A DNA stretch of 31,171 nucleotides from Oligoflexales bacterium (GTDB taxonomy: Bacteria > Bdellovibrionota_B > Oligoflexia > Oligoflexales > CAIYRB01), in the NCBI GenBank assembly GCA_041736175.1, contig JBGSUI010000231.1, positions 1-31,171 of the forward strand. Direction: 5' to 3'. The first letter of the stretch is position 1, and every line of letters begins with the position of its first letter. The position numbers and the translations under genes are program-made. Positions 7,313 to 19,345 of this stretch are shown one piece after another. The notes below the pieces were generated by a model. The model made no database searches. It was not told where the DNA came from and worked only from the letters and a program-made list of their open reading frames with translations.

Positions 7313-8461
7313 ATGGCAATCGATCCAAAATTTTTGACCACTGCCGTCCACGCCGGCAGTGACCCTGAACCCGTGACCGGCGCGGTCAACACTCCCCTAT
7401 TTTTTACCTCCACCTATGTCCAGGACGAACCAGGGCGACCAAAAATTTACGACTACTCACGGGCCGGAAATCCCACCCGAGCGGCCCTTGAAAAAGGCTA
7501 TGCCATGATCGAGGGCGCAGCCCATGGGATCACGTTTGCCTCGGGCCTTGCGGCAGAGCAGGCTGTGATCCAACTCTTAGAACCTGGAGACGAGGTTGTG
7601 GTCTGCGACGACACCTATGGTGGAACCGGAAGGCTGTTTCGCAGGGTTCTTGGAAAGTACGGGATCAAATTTAGTTTTGTTGATATGACCGACCTCAATA
7701 AACTCCAACAAAGCATCACCGCTAAGACTAAACTTGTTTGGATTGAAAGCCCCACCAATCCCCTGATGCGAATCATCGATATTAAAGCTGCAAGTGCCAT
7801 GGCCCACAAGGTCGGTGCGTGGGTTCTTGTTGACAATACCTTTGCCTCCCCGATTTTTCAAAGGCCCCTCGCCTTAGGTGCGGATCTAGTCCTGCATAGC
7901 ACCACAAAGTACCTTGGGGGACACAGTGACCTTATCGGTGGTGCCGTCATGGTTGCAGATGATCAGCTCCACGAAAAGCTCCGCTTTATCCAGTTTGCCG
8001 CTGGAGCTGTCCCCGGCGTTATGGAGTGCTTTCTGCTCCATCGAAGCCTTAAAACACTCGCCCTGAGGATGCAACAACATGAAAAAAACGCAATGGCTGT
8101 GGCCACGTTCTTAGAAAAGCACCCTAAAATCGAAAGGGTCTTTTACCCAGGACTGGAAAGCCATCCCCAACACCAACTGGCTAAAACCCAAATGCTCGGT
8201 TTCTCGGGAATGGTGAGTTTTTATGTCCGGGGGGACTACGCCGAAACCAAGCGGGTGGTGGGGCAGCTTAAACTTTTTCTCCTGGCGGAAAGCTTGGGAG
8301 GAGTTGAGTCCCTGATCAATCACCCCGAACTTATGACCCATGCGTCGGTTCCACCAGAAATGCGAAAGGCCCTAGGGATTAGCCCTAACCTCTTACGCCT
8401 ATCCTGCGGGATCGAACACGCCGCGGATCTTATAAGCGACCTTGACCAGGCCCTTCGTTAA
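7313..8461 (+). CDS. Cystathionine gamma-lyase/gamma-synthase (Cys/Met metabolism PLP enzyme)
   Basis: YSRAGNPT, FASGLAA, WIESPTNPL, VDNTFASP, HSTTKYLGGHSD (PLP Lys), LAESLGGVESL. Confidence 0.93.
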   Translation: MAIDPKFLTTAVHAGSDPEPVTGAVNTPLFFTSTYVQDEPGRPKIYDYSRAGNPTRAALEKGYAMIEGAAHGITFASGLAAEQAVIQLLEPGDEVVVCDDTYGGTGRLFRRVLGKYGIKFSFVDMTDLNKLQQSITAKTKLVWIESPTNPLMRIIDIKAASAMAHKVGAWVLVDNTFASPIFQRPLALGADLVLHSTTKYLGGHSDLIGGAVMVADDQLHEKLRFIQFAAGAVPGVMECFLLHRSLKTLALRMQQHEKNAMAVATFLEKHPKIERVFYPGLESHPQHQLAKTQMLGFSGMVSFYVRGDYAETKRVVGQLKLFLLAESLGGVESLINHPELMTHASVPPEMRKALGISPNLLRLSCGIEHAADLISDLDQALR

Positions 8462-8737
8462 GGGGTGGCGTCTCGTAGCACCGTCGGCTCACTCATAAAA
8501 AACCATGGCTCATGGAGTCCAACCACTCATTTTAAATGGGGGGCCTTGGTTTTAAAAATCCTTTAAAATATCTTTATTTCTACAATGTTTTTAATGCGTT
8601 AAAACAGGCAGCCCAAACTCCCCCAGATTTTAGCTATAGACAGCACTCACATTTGTGCTCCACCATAATAGATGACGACTCACAAAAATTGGGTTAAATT
8701 TCGGTCTGTCACACTTAAAAGCATCTTGGGGGAATAC

Positions 8738-9763
<1,026 letters not shown>

Positions 9764-9872
9764 TCCTACCCAGTCTCGTTGACCTAAGCTCCTTTACAGT
9801 AAGGCTTACCTTGCATAGTCGTACGCGTGGGTTTATTCTGTGCCAACCACGCGCACCCAAGGAGCACTTACT

Positions 9873-10271
9873 ATGGGCGATCAGTCGGTCCACAAAAACC
9901 ACAGTCCTGGTTTCCTGATGATTGCCGAAGAAGCTCGCTCCCAGATCCAAGAGATTGAGCCTGGCCCGTTTGAAAAGCTTTGGCCTACCTTAAAAAGTAA
10001 AGGCGGCCTCCTCCTTGATGTCCGGGAAGATCACGAATGGGTCCAAGGCCATCTTCCAGAGGCCCGTCATTTAGGTCGAGGGATTCTTGAGCGAGATATC
10101 GAAACCATCGCTCTCCACCCCGAGGTTCCTCTCGTGGTCTATTGTGGCGGAGGATACCGCTCTGCTCTAGCTGCGGTCAGCCTCCAAAAAATGGGCTACA
10201 AACAAGTGCTCTCCCTCGCAGGTGGCTACCGACTGTGGACGTCCCTTAATAATCCCATTGTTAAACCTTAG
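9873..10271 (+). CDS. Single-domain rhodanese/sulfurtransferase
   Basis: LLDVREDHEWVQGHLPEARHLGRG, VYCGGGYRSALAA, SLAGG; AGGAG RBS before ATG 9873. Confidence 0.92.
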   Translation: MGDQSVHKNHSPGFLMIAEEARSQIQEIEPGPFEKLWPTLKSKGGLLLDVREDHEWVQGHLPEARHLGRGILERDIETIALHPEVPLVVYCGGGYRSALAAVSLQKMGYKQVLSLAGGYRLWTSLNNPIVKP

Positions 10272-10289
10272 ACCTAGGACCTACCCTCC

Positions 10290-12278
10290 ATGGCACCAGA
10301 ATCAAAAGTCCAACAAAACATATCCAGCGTCCTTAAAGAATCCCGCTCGTTTCCTCCGCCTGAGTCCTTTGCCAAAGAATCTCGTCTGTCATCCATGGCC
10401 CAATACCAAAAACTCTGGACCGAAGCCAAAGAAAATCCAGAATCCTACTGGAGCGCTCGAGCCCAAGAGGAGCTCCATTGGTTTAGACCCTGGAATCAAA
10501 CCCTCGGTGGCACCGCACCTTTTTATAAATGGTTTGATGGGGGGATGATCAACGCTAGCTATAACTGTTTAGACAGACATGCCCACTCCTGGCGGCGCAA
10601 TAAAGCTGCGATCATTTGGGAGGGAGAACCAGGGGAAGTCCGCACCATCACTTATGGCGAGCTACTCCACGACGTCCAAAAATTTGCCAATGGCCTCAAA
10701 CGGCTTGGGATGAATGCGGGCGACCGTGTCACAGTGTATATGCCTATGGTTCCGGAAGCTGTCGTTGCAATGTTGGCCTGTGCACGCTTAGGACTCGTCC
10801 ATTGTGTGGTCTTTGGAGGATTTAGCGCTGAAGCCATCGCGGACCGGTGCAATGATGCCCAAAGCCGCCTGATCATCACCGCAGATGGCGGCTACCGTCG
10901 GGGGGCCGTGGTCCCCCTCAAAAAGCAGGTTGATGAAGCTCTTGCTAAAGCGCCTTCTGTTGAAAACGTCATCGTCCTCAGGCGTACCAACCAGGATATC
11001 CCCATGCATTATCCAAGGGATCTTTGGTGGCATGACCTGATCCGTGACGAAAGCCCCCGGTGCGACGCCACTCCGGTGGCCAGCGAACACCCCCTTTTTA
11101 TTCTTTACACATCTGGGAGCACAGGAAAACCTAAAGGAATCCTCCACTCGACCGCAGGCTATCTCTTAGGTGCAACCCTGAGCTATAAACTCATCTTTGA
11201 TCATAGAGATACGGATATTTTTTGGTGCACTGCTGATATAGGATGGATCACGGGACATAGTTATGTTGTTTATGGCCCGCTCTCCAATGGGGCGACGATT
11301 TTTATGTATGAGGGCGCCCCCCAATGGCCCGACTGGGGTCGGTTCTGGCGTATGATCGAACAGTATCGGATCAATGTTCTCTACACGGCCCCGACGGCGA
11401 TCAGGTCTTTTGCCAGCCAGGGTGAGGAATGGCCCAAAAAATACGATCTTTCTTCCCTTCGCCTCTTGGGCAGCGTCGGCGAGCCGATCAACCCGGAAGC
11501 ATGGATGTGGTACCACCGAGTTATCGGCAAAGAGCAATGTCCCATCGTTGATACCTGGTGGCAGACCGAAACCGGCTCCATCATGATTTCTCCTGCGCCT
11601 GGAGCCGTCACCACTGTCCCTGGGTCGGCTACATTGCCGCTGCCTGGAGTGGTCCCTGGGATTGTCGACAAGGCCGGTAAACAGGTCAAACCAGGGGAGG
11701 GAGGATTTCTCGTGATCACGAAACCATGGCCTTCCATGCTGCGGACCATTTACGGCGATGACGATCGGTATGTCAATCAATACTGGAACCAAATCCCAGG
11801 TGTCTATTTTACAGGAGATGGAGCCCGTCAGGACGAAGCTGGCCGTTACTGGATCCTTGGCCGAATCGATGATGTGCTAAACGTCGCTGGACACCGATTG
11901 TCGACGATGGAGATCGAGAGCGCATTGGTCAGCCATCCAAAGGTCGTCGAAGCCGCTGTTGTGGGAGTGCCTCACCCCGTGAAAGGGGAAAGCATCCACT
12001 GTTTTGTCACCCTTCTGGACAAACAAACTGCGACCAACTCCTCGGTTATTGACTCCTTGGCAGAAGAATTAAGCGAGCATGTGGTCCGGCAGATTGGCGC
12101 CCTGGCCCGCCCCCAAAGGGTTCGGTTTGCCGAAGCCCTCCCCAAAACCCGCTCGGGAAAACTCATGCGTCGGCTCTTAAGAGATATTGCTGCAGGCAAG
12201 ACCGCAACAGGGGACTTAACAACTCTTGAAGACCTCAGCGTTTTAGCTCGCTTGCGGGAAGACGAGGAGACCGCCTAA
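10290..12278 (+). CDS. acs: Acetyl-CoA synthetase (AMP-forming)
   Basis: [60 protein letters not shown]. Confidence 0.97.
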   Translation: MAPESKVQQNISSVLKESRSFPPPESFAKESRLSSMAQYQKLWTEAKENPESYWSARAQEELHWFRPWNQTLGGTAPFYKWFDGGMINASYNCLDRHAHSWRRNKAAIIWEGEPGEVRTITYGELLHDVQKFANGLKRLGMNAGDRVTVYMPMVPEAVVAMLACARLGLVHCVVFGGFSAEAIADRCNDAQSRLIITADGGYRRGAVVPLKKQVDEALAKAPSVENVIVLRRTNQDIPMHYPRDLWWHDLIRDESPRCDATPVASEHPLFILYTSGSTGKPKGILHSTAGYLLGATLSYKLIFDHRDTDIFWCTADIGWITGHSYVVYGPLSNGATIFMYEGAPQWPDWGRFWRMIEQYRINVLYTAPTAIRSFASQGEEWPKKYDLSSLRLLGSVGEPINPEAWMWYHRVIGKEQCPIVDTWWQTETGSIMISPAPGAVTTVPGSATLPLPGVVPGIVDKAGKQVKPGEGGFLVITKPWPSMLRTIYGDDDRYVNQYWNQIPGVYFTGDGARQDEAGRYWILGRIDDVLNVAGHRLSTMEIESALVSHPKVVEAAVVGVPHPVKGESIHCFVTLLDKQTATNSSVIDSLAEELSEHVVRQIGALARPQRVRFAEALPKTRSGKLMRRLLRDIAAGKTATGDLTTLEDLSVLARLREDEETA

Positions 12279-12317
12279 AATACCAGATTACCAACCTGGT
12301 CACCCAAGGTCTGCTGC

Positions 12318-13505
12318 TCACGTACCTGAAGCCTTTTTCTCGTCTGGCTTCCATTCGTTAAGGGTCCCATTGCTGTCAAATACCAGGATACGACCCTTGT
12401 CTTTAGTCTTTGCTTGTTCGGTATTGAGACTGCTCACCACCCCCTTTAAAAAGGGCATAAATATTTTTGGGTCAAATCCTGGAGACTCTGAAGCCATGAT
12501 TTTGATCGCATCTTGGGGCTCAAAAGCTGGCTTATAAACCCTTTTCATCAGGAGGGCAGAGTAGATATCAGCTATGGTGACCACCCGTGTAAAAAGGTGG
12601 ATTCCATGGTCATGGTCAACCTCAGCCGCGCCCTTGCGCCCATGGGGATAGCCACTGCCATCCCACTTTTCGTGGTGCTCTAAGGCCACTCGAGCGATAA
12701 TCTCCTCGATCCCTGCGCCAGCCTCGATCAGCTTATGTAACTCGTCATACCCAAAGGTGGTATGCTGCTTCATGATTTCAAATTCTTCGGGTGTGAGTCT
12801 ACCGGGTTTGTTAAGGACCGCATTGGGGACACATGTTTTACCTACATCATGGTAAAGGGCGCATTGAGACAGCAACTCGCAATCCTTGACTCCAAAGGCC
12901 GTGGGCACTAGGCGCTGGGCGATCACCGAGGAAATCATGGCTACCGTCGCAGAGTGATCGTAAAGGGTCGGGTCGCAGATAATCATACGACTCAAGGTAG
13001 AAATCGCTGAATCGCTATCGATCACATTAGATACCATATAAGATGCGGCTGCCTTAACCTGGTCTACGACCGATGCATCGATGCCTCCCGAAACGATCCG
13101 CTGGCTCACGGAACTCAAATGAGCAAACAGGTCGAGGGTCTTTTTGTCAGCCTGGGGCATATGCCTTAAGACGGCGCTGATCTTTGCAGAGCGAATCTGA
13201 TCGATGAGTATATCAAACCGACTGCGGTCGCCCTTAAGAACGCAGATTTCCAGCCCGTCCCGGGGCCGTTGCATGGCCTCCCACATCTCCCCTAACAGCT
13301 CCTGGGATAGCTCGTGGGGGCGGATATACTCTATGAGAGTGTTGCCAATCCGAAAATAGAGGGAAAAATCTATTGTCCGCGCTTGATACAAAAAATGAAA
13401 TAGCTCAAGGCTCAGGGGTGTAAAGCGTTGCAAACCTTTAGCATCGAGCTTTACGATCTTGCATCGCTGGCGCGTTGCGTCTTTGATTTTAAATCCCTGC
13501 TCCAT
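12318..13505 (-). CDS. HD-GYP domain protein (probable cyclic di-nucleotide phosphodiesterase)
   Basis: YHDVGK, LNKPGRLTPEEFEIMKQH, HHEKWDGSGYP, IADIYSAL..KRVYK. Confidence 0.92.
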   Translation of the reverse strand: MEQGFKIKDATRQRCKIVKLDAKGLQRFTPLSLELFHFLYQARTIDFSLYFRIGNTLIEYIRPHELSQELLGEMWEAMQRPRDGLEICVLKGDRSRFDILIDQIRSAKISAVLRHMPQADKKTLDLFAHLSSVSQRIVSGGIDASVVDQVKAAASYMVSNVIDSDSAISTLSRMIICDPTLYDHSATVAMISSVIAQRLVPTAFGVKDCELLSQCALYHDVGKTCVPNAVLNKPGRLTPEEFEIMKQHTTFGYDELHKLIEAGAGIEEIIARVALEHHEKWDGSGYPHGRKGAAEVDHDHGIHLFTRVVTIADIYSALLMKRVYKPAFEPQDAIKIMASESPGFDPKIFMPFLKGVVSSLNTEQAKTKDKGRILVFDSNGTLNEWKPDEKKASGT

Positions 13506-13563
13506 GGTAACCCTTCGCTTGGCTACGCCGCCCCATTTATAGGTAGCAGACCGCCAGTCCTAA

Positions 13564-13590
13564 GCATCGGATGTTATGCCATGGACCTTA
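13564..13590 (-). promoter_or_regulatory. sigma28/FliA-type promoter of the HD-GYP gene
   Basis: Minus strand TAAG-N15-TCCGATGC, about 60 nt upstream of the ATG. Confidence 0.55.
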
Positions 13591-13660
13591 GGTAAACAGC
13601 ACCGAAGCCCCATCATGGCATTATCCAAGGCGCTATAAATATAGGGATAATTACCTGTCC

Positions 13661-13690
13661 TTGACAGCGACTGGCATTCCTTCCTACACT
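13661..13690 (+). promoter_or_regulatory. sigma70-type promoter of aceB-aceA
   Basis: TTGACA-18 nt-TACACT. Confidence 0.65.
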
Positions 13691-13800
13691 GTTCAGGACT
13701 CATGCACCCCGTCACCTCTCGAAACGACGCTCCTTTCATCTCGGTCCACTCGTCTGATGGGCTGGGTTCAGGAGCCCACCTCGACGGAAGGCTTTACCAA

Positions 13801-15393
13801 ATGACCACGCCAAAAATAACTTTAGTGATACCTCCCACAAACGACGAAGAACGAACCGTCCTAGACCCCAAGGCAACCGCATTTGTGGCAAGCCTTCACC
13901 ATAGGTTTAACCAGCGCCGCCTAGACCTCCTTGATGCCCGCCAAGTAAGACTTAAAGAACTCCGCAAGGGCAAAAGTTTTGATTTCCTCCACGAGACAAG
14001 ATCCATTCGCGAGAGCGCCTGGGAAGTGGGCAAGACCCCTGCGGACCTTCTCGATCGCCGGGTAGAAATCACGGGACCGGCCGAAGCCAAGATGATGATC
14101 AACGCCCTAAACTCCGGGGCTAAAGCGTTTATGTGTGATTTTGAGGACGCCTTGTCCCCGACCTGGAAAAACCTTATGGCCGGCCAATCTTGCCTGACCC
14201 AAGCCTACCAACGGTCGCTAAGTTATACAGCCCCAGATACGGGAAAGAAATACCAACTCGCTCCAGAGATTGCGACCCTTCTGGTAAGGCCCCGGGGCTG
14301 GCATCTCCATGAAAAAAACCTACTCCTCGAAGACTCTCCCCTCTCTGCAAGCCTTGTGGACTTTGGTTTGGCCTTTTTCCATAACGTTAAAACCGCACTC
14401 AAACAGCAAACAGGTCCCTATTTTTATCTCCCTAAGATAGAAAGCCATCGAGAAGCTGCTCTATGGAACGATGTTTTTGTCTTTAGCCAAGAGGCTCTTG
14501 GGGTCCCCAAGGGCACCATCAAATGCACGGTCTTAATCGAAACCCTTCCTGCGGCTTTTGAAATGGATGAAATCCTCTACGAGTTGCGTGATCATATCGT
14601 CGGATTGAACGCTGGGCGGTGGGATTATATCTTTAGCATCATTAAAAAACTGGGCCACTCGCCGACTTCCATCCTACCCGATCGGGGCCAGGTCACGATG
14701 GCAGTGCCGTTTATGCAAGCCTATTGTGACCTTTTGGTCCAGACCTGTCACAAACGCAATGCCCATGCCATGGGTGGCATGGCTGCCTTTATCCCTAGCC
14801 GCAAAGACATGGAAGTCAACAAAGCAGCCATGGCAAAAGTCCGCGAAGATAAAGAGCGGGAAGTCAGGCTTGGGTTTGACGGAACCTGGGTTGCCCATCC
14901 TGATCTTGTCCCACTGGCCACCGAAGTTTTCTCTGCAGGCTTTAAGGATAAACCCAACCAAAAACATATGTTCAAGTCAGACCCCAAAAATCCTCTCAAA
15001 ATAAAACCCCAAGACCTCGTTGACCTCAAGATTTCTGCCAGCAAGATCACGGCGGGGGGCGTCGCTTCGAACATCGCGGTCGCTGTCCAATATATTCACC
15101 ATTGGCTCCAAGGTTTAGGCGCCGTCGCTCTCTATAACCTCATGGAAGACGCCGCGACTGCTGAAATCTCGCGAACCCAACTCTGGCAATGGCTCCATCA
15201 TAAAGTCACCCTCGAAGATGGTCGTCCGATGACCGAAGAGATTTATCAAACGATCAAGACAGCCGAAATCAACAAACTGCCAGGGGGCCCTGAAGCCTAT
15301 AAAGCTAGCATCCGTATCCTCGACAAACTGGTCCTCAATCCTGAATGCTCTGATTTTTTGACGCTCTTGGCATACCAAGAGCTAAATGGCTAA
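13801..15393 (+). CDS. aceB: Malate synthase A
   Basis: DRRVEITGP, DFEDALSP, VRPRGWHL, LIETLPAAFEMDEIL, LNAGRWDYIFS, NLMEDAATAEISRTQ. ATG 13801 with GGAAGG is preferred; the track starts at 13702. Confidence 0.97.
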   Translation: MTTPKITLVIPPTNDEERTVLDPKATAFVASLHHRFNQRRLDLLDARQVRLKELRKGKSFDFLHETRSIRESAWEVGKTPADLLDRRVEITGPAEAKMMINALNSGAKAFMCDFEDALSPTWKNLMAGQSCLTQAYQRSLSYTAPDTGKKYQLAPEIATLLVRPRGWHLHEKNLLLEDSPLSASLVDFGLAFFHNVKTALKQQTGPYFYLPKIESHREAALWNDVFVFSQEALGVPKGTIKCTVLIETLPAAFEMDEILYELRDHIVGLNAGRWDYIFSIIKKLGHSPTSILPDRGQVTMAVPFMQAYCDLLVQTCHKRNAHAMGGMAAFIPSRKDMEVNKAAMAKVREDKEREVRLGFDGTWVAHPDLVPLATEVFSAGFKDKPNQKHMFKSDPKNPLKIKPQDLVDLKISASKITAGGVASNIAVAVQYIHHWLQGLGAVALYNLMEDAATAEISRTQLWQWLHHKVTLEDGRPMTEEIYQTIKTAEINKLPGGPEAYKASIRILDKLVLNPECSDFLTLLAYQELNG

Positions 15394-15395
15394 GT

Positions 15396-15423
15396 TTGAA
15401 ACAAATTTTATATTGTTTATAGT
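15396..15423 (+). promoter_or_regulatory. Possible internal sigma70 promoter for aceA
   Basis: TTGAAA-16 nt-TATAGT in an AT-rich spacer that also contains the AAACAA-N8-TTGTTT inverted repeat. Confidence 0.35.
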
Positions 15424-15452
15424 GTATAAATCATTACAACGGGAGTCACTCC

Positions 15453-16742
15453 ATGCAAAATGACAGCAAAGTTTCGACGAAATCCCTAGAAAAAGACTGG
15501 CAATCCGATAGTCGCTGGAAGGGCATCAAAAGGGACTATACTGCTGAGCAAGTGCTTAGCCTCCGCCCCTCCCTTATGATTGAACATACCCTTGCGACGA
15601 AAGGGGCTAAACGCTTTTGGAATCAGCTCGAAAAAGAAACCCATGTGATTGCTCTTGGCGCCTTGACCGGTGCCCAAGCAGTGCAGATGGTCAAAGCCGG
15701 GCTCAAGGCGATTTATATGTCCGGATGGCAGGTGGCTGCGGACGCAAACCTATCAGCCCAGACCTACCCTGACCAAAGCCTTTACCCCTCAAATAGTGTG
15801 CCAGCTCTTGTCAAACGGATCAACAATGCACTGATGCGCGCTGATCTTATCGAGCGGAGTGAGGGCAAACCCTCGGTCGAAGATTGGTATGCACCTATTT
15901 TAGCCGATGCTGAGGCTGGCTTTGGCGGCCCTCTCCATGCTTTTGAACTTATGAAGTCTATGATCGAAGCTGGAGCAGCTGCGGTTCATTTTGAGGACCA
16001 ACTGGCTTCCGAAAAGAAATGCGGCCACCTTGGGGGTAAGGTACTCGTTCCGACCTCACAGTTTATCCGCACTTTGACCGCAGCTCGACTGGCCACTGAC
16101 GTCCTTAATGTCCCAACGGCCATTGTCGCCCGAACCGACGCCCTTGGCGCCACTCTGATCACATCGGATGTGGACGCCGTCGACCGCAAGTTCCTAACCG
16201 GTGATAGGACCCCCGAAGGCTATTTTAGAGTCAAGGCAGGACTTGAGTCGGCGATCGCCCGAGGATTGGCTTATGCTCCCTATGCGGACCTGATTTGGTT
16301 TGAAACATCCGTGCCCGATATCAATGAAGCAAAGGAATTTGCGAAAAAAGTCCATGAGAAATTTCCCGGTAAGTTTCTCGCCTACAATTGCTCCCCCTCT
16401 TTTAACTGGGAGAAAAAACTCTCACCTAAGCAGATCGCCTCGTTCCAAACGGACCTCGCCGATCTTGGCTATAAATTTCAATTTATCACCCTTGCAGGCT
16501 GGCATTCTATAAACTTTCATATGTTTGACCTTGCCCGCGGCTACGCAAAAACCGGAATGCCTGCCTATGTGGACCTCCAGTCTCGCGAATTTAAAAACGA
16601 GTCCACTGGCTACACCGCAACCAAGCACCAAAGGGAGGTTGGAACTGGATATTTTGACAAAATTCTGATGACGATTTCGGGTGGTAAAGCCGCCACAGCA
16701 GCCTACGAGGGCTCTACGGAATCAGAACAGTTTGGTCACTAG
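15453..16742 (+). CDS. aceA: Isocitrate lyase
   Basis: [36 protein letters not shown] catalytic motif, [21 protein letters not shown]. Confidence 0.98.
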   Translation: MQNDSKVSTKSLEKDWQSDSRWKGIKRDYTAEQVLSLRPSLMIEHTLATKGAKRFWNQLEKETHVIALGALTGAQAVQMVKAGLKAIYMSGWQVAADANLSAQTYPDQSLYPSNSVPALVKRINNALMRADLIERSEGKPSVEDWYAPILADAEAGFGGPLHAFELMKSMIEAGAAAVHFEDQLASEKKCGHLGGKVLVPTSQFIRTLTAARLATDVLNVPTAIVARTDALGATLITSDVDAVDRKFLTGDRTPEGYFRVKAGLESAIARGLAYAPYADLIWFETSVPDINEAKEFAKKVHEKFPGKFLAYNCSPSFNWEKKLSPKQIASFQTDLADLGYKFQFITLAGWHSINFHMFDLARGYAKTGMPAYVDLQSREFKNESTGYTATKHQREVGTGYFDKILMTISGGKAATAAYEGSTESEQFGH

Positions 16743-16764
16743 TGCCCAAGAGTGGGTCAAAAAC

Positions 16765-17646
16765 GTGCACCAACTTATTGTCACCGCAGACGACTTTGGA
16801 CTGAGCGACGAGACCAACCAGGGCATCATCGATGCCCATCTCCACGGGATCGTCACTTCTACAAGTCTCCTGATGAACGCCCCAAAAACCAAGGAAGCCG
16901 TCGCCTTGGCCAAAACCCTTCCAAGTCTCGAGGTGGGAATCCACCTCGGGTTTGTGGAGGGGTATTCTTTAGTAAACCAAGTTTCGACGATCACAGATGC
17001 GATCTCTTATTTTCCTGGCCAGCACTGTCTCCATAGGCATTGGCGGCCCTTTATTAAAAACTACCTTTTAAGACAGCTCAATTTAAGGGAACTCCAGCGG
17101 GAACTCGAAGCCCAGTGCAAAGCTTTTTATGAGGCTTTTCCCGACAACTCTTCAATCCCCTTTGCCAACGGAACCCAACATCTGCATCTCTTGCCCGAGA
17201 TCGCTCCCATGGTGGTCGAACTTTGCCGCAGGTATAAGATCCGTTACCTGCGAGCCCCCAGTGGTCACGGTCTTTTCAGGCGGTTTCCCTACGGTCCGGT
17301 GATGGCTTTTTTAGGGGCACGTCTGCGCCGCCAAAAACCTGAGTGGCTGGGTTGTAGCGATGAATTTTTGGGTTTTGATGCCTCGGGAAAAATCGATAAG
17401 TTCTACCTAAAGCAAACCCTGCTCCAGATTCATAGGACCCCGTCGACCACCTCTAAGACTTTCGAACTTATGACCCATCCCGGCTTTGAAGCCTCCCATC
17501 TTCGCATCGGACTCCCCTGGGCCTACCGGGATTTTGATTGGGAAGGCGAGCGTAGGGCGTTGACTGATCCAGAAATTCCAAGCCTCCTCAAAGAATACAA
17601 GATAAATCTCATACAATTTAGGAATCTACCCCATGTCTACGGATAA
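16765..17646 (+). CDS. ChbG/HpnK/YdjC-family carbohydrate deacetylase
   Basis: LIVTADDFGL, GIVTSTSLLMN, VGIHL, NGTQHLHLLP, ELMTHPG. GTG at 16765 avoids overlap with aceA (track start 16681). Confidence 0.88.
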   Translation: MHQLIVTADDFGLSDETNQGIIDAHLHGIVTSTSLLMNAPKTKEAVALAKTLPSLEVGIHLGFVEGYSLVNQVSTITDAISYFPGQHCLHRHWRPFIKNYLLRQLNLRELQRELEAQCKAFYEAFPDNSSIPFANGTQHLHLLPEIAPMVVELCRRYKIRYLRAPSGHGLFRRFPYGPVMAFLGARLRRQKPEWLGCSDEFLGFDASGKIDKFYLKQTLLQIHRTPSTTSKTFELMTHPGFEASHLRIGLPWAYRDFDWEGERRALTDPEIPSLLKEYKINLIQFRNLPHVYG

Positions 17647-18613
17647 CACCCCAGCCAAGGATCGCGATTTTCTTTTGTCGGTGGTGATTCCAGTCTACAA
17701 CGAACAAGAATGCCTTGAACCTCTTGTGGCAGAACTTAAAAAAACTCTCGACAGTCAAAAATGGGTCTACGAAATCATTTTTGTAGATGACCACAGCACG
17801 GACCTTTCGCCCCGCATCCTTCAGTCTCTTTGTGATCAGTGGCCCCAGCTTAGGGGCTTACGACTCTCCCGTAATTTTGGCCACCAAGCCGCCCTCTGTG
17901 CGGGCCTTCAGGAAGCTCGTGGGGATGCTGTGATCACGATGGATGCCGACCTCCAACACCCGCCTTCGCTGATTCCAGAGCTGGTACGCCTGTGGCGCCA
18001 GGAGGGCTTTGAAATCGTCAACACCATCCGTGCCCAATCAGGAGGATCAGGGTTTTTGGACCGGTTAGGCTCCCACTGGTTTTACCGGCTCTTTAACCGG
18101 ATCGCCGACATCAAGCTCACTCCGGGAAGTGCTGATTTTAGGATTATGGACCGTAAGTGTGTTGATGCCCTTTGTTCGATGGGAGAACACTTTAAGTTTC
18201 TGCGTGGCCAAATCCCCTATATTGGGTTTAAACAAACTTATCTGACTTTTGAATGTCCCCCTCGCTTTGCAGGTCAGCGCTCCTATACCCTGCGCCAATC
18301 CATAAAACTGGCGTCCAATGGACTGCTGTCTTTTTCCACCTTTGGGTTAAAAGTCCCTTTTCTCCTGGGGCTCTTTACCATGGGAATAGTGGGAATCTAT
18401 GCTGCCGTGTCGGTGGTCTTGATCGCCTCGGGCAAGGTCCATTTAATGGAAGGATGGCTTTCCCTTGCTGCCCTTATCTGCCTTAATATCGGTTTGCAGC
18501 TGACGTTTATCGGGATGATGGGACTTTATATTGGCAAAATATTTATCGAGGTCAAAGGGAGACCGCTTTATTTTGTCGAAAAAGTCTACCGCCCAAAAAC
18601 GACGACCGAATAG
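17633..18613 (+). CDS. Polyprenyl-phosphate glycosyltransferase, GT2 (GtrB/ArnC-like)
   Basis: SVVIPVYNE, FVDDHSTD, LSRNFGHQAA, MDADLQHPP, ADFRIMDR, two C-terminal TM helices, EVKGRPLY. Confidence 0.92.
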   Translation: MSTDNTPAKDRDFLLSVVIPVYNEQECLEPLVAELKKTLDSQKWVYEIIFVDDHSTDLSPRILQSLCDQWPQLRGLRLSRNFGHQAALCAGLQEARGDAVITMDADLQHPPSLIPELVRLWRQEGFEIVNTIRAQSGGSGFLDRLGSHWFYRLFNRIADIKLTPGSADFRIMDRKCVDALCSMGEHFKFLRGQIPYIGFKQTYLTFECPPRFAGQRSYTLRQSIKLASNGLLSFSTFGLKVPFLLGLFTMGIVGIYAAVSVVLIASGKVHLMEGWLSLAALICLNIGLQLTFIGMMGLYIGKIFIEVKGRPLYFVEKVYRPKTTTE

Positions 18614-19302
18614 CGAGAGGGCGATGGTGTGAGGTTTTTCTTTAAAAACACAATCTTCATTCCCAAATCTTCGACCATGGACTTCAATACATTGCGGTCA
18701 TAGCGCAGCAGGGCTAAATCGGACTTTTTGGTGAGCGCGTGCCACAGATGCCTAACCATGGCGACGAGGCATCGATTTTTAAGGCTGATCCAAAGGGAGT
18801 TTAACCCGTCCAAATACGGGGAATAATCAGGGGGAATGATATCAGCAATCACCATCTGCCCCCCCTCTCCCAGACATTGGCAGAGAAGCGCAAGGCTTTT
18901 GGTCGCTCCCTCAAGATCACCAAAATACTGAGCCACACTGTTGACCACAATCAGATCGTAGGATTTAAGGGGGATGTTCTCTAGACTGCGATAGATTTGC
19001 CCCTCAAGCCTTAGCGCCTTGAGACGGTGTTCTGCCACATCACAAGCCATAGCATCAATATCAAAACCATCGATCACCCCTGCTTTGGGACTAAGACCAA
19101 TCCCAGCGTCCAGGTATCCACAGCCAAAATCTAAAACCCGCGCCCCCTTTTTTAAACCCATCCCCTGAGGGGCATCAGCTAAGAGCCACCGCACCAAGGG
19201 ATCCACCCAAATATGGGCCATGGTTTCGTCTCGCCGGTTGATTTTATTGTACTCTAGCCAAGGACTGGTCTCTGGCGTTTGCTGGATGTCTTGTGCTGGC
19301 AA
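18586..19302 (-). CDS. Class I SAM-dependent methyltransferase
   Basis: VLDFGCG motif I, GFDID, YDLIVVNSVAQY, GGQMVIAD. Start uncertain: TTG 19302 with AAAGGG RBS, or ATG 19222. Confidence 0.85.
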   Translation of the reverse strand: MPAQDIQQTPETSPWLEYNKINRRDETMAHIWVDPLVRWLLADAPQGMGLKKGARVLDFGCGYLDAGIGLSPKAGVIDGFDIDAMACDVAEHRLKALRLEGQIYRSLENIPLKSYDLIVVNSVAQYFGDLEGATKSLALLCQCLGEGGQMVIADIIPPDYSPYLDGLNSLWISLKNRCLVAMVRHLWHALTKKSDLALLRYDRNVLKSMVEDLGMKIVFLKKNLTPSPSRYSVVVFGR

Positions 19303-19345
19303 AGGGCAACCCTTTAAATTAGGTCTCAACTTTAGGAATAAGACG

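Noticed and set aside
13702..13800. ORF-track N-terminal extension of AceB; similar extensions at 16681, 19220, 20661, 25174 and 28793
   Set aside because: Downstream starts have better RBSs, avoid overlaps and coincide with the start of family homology.
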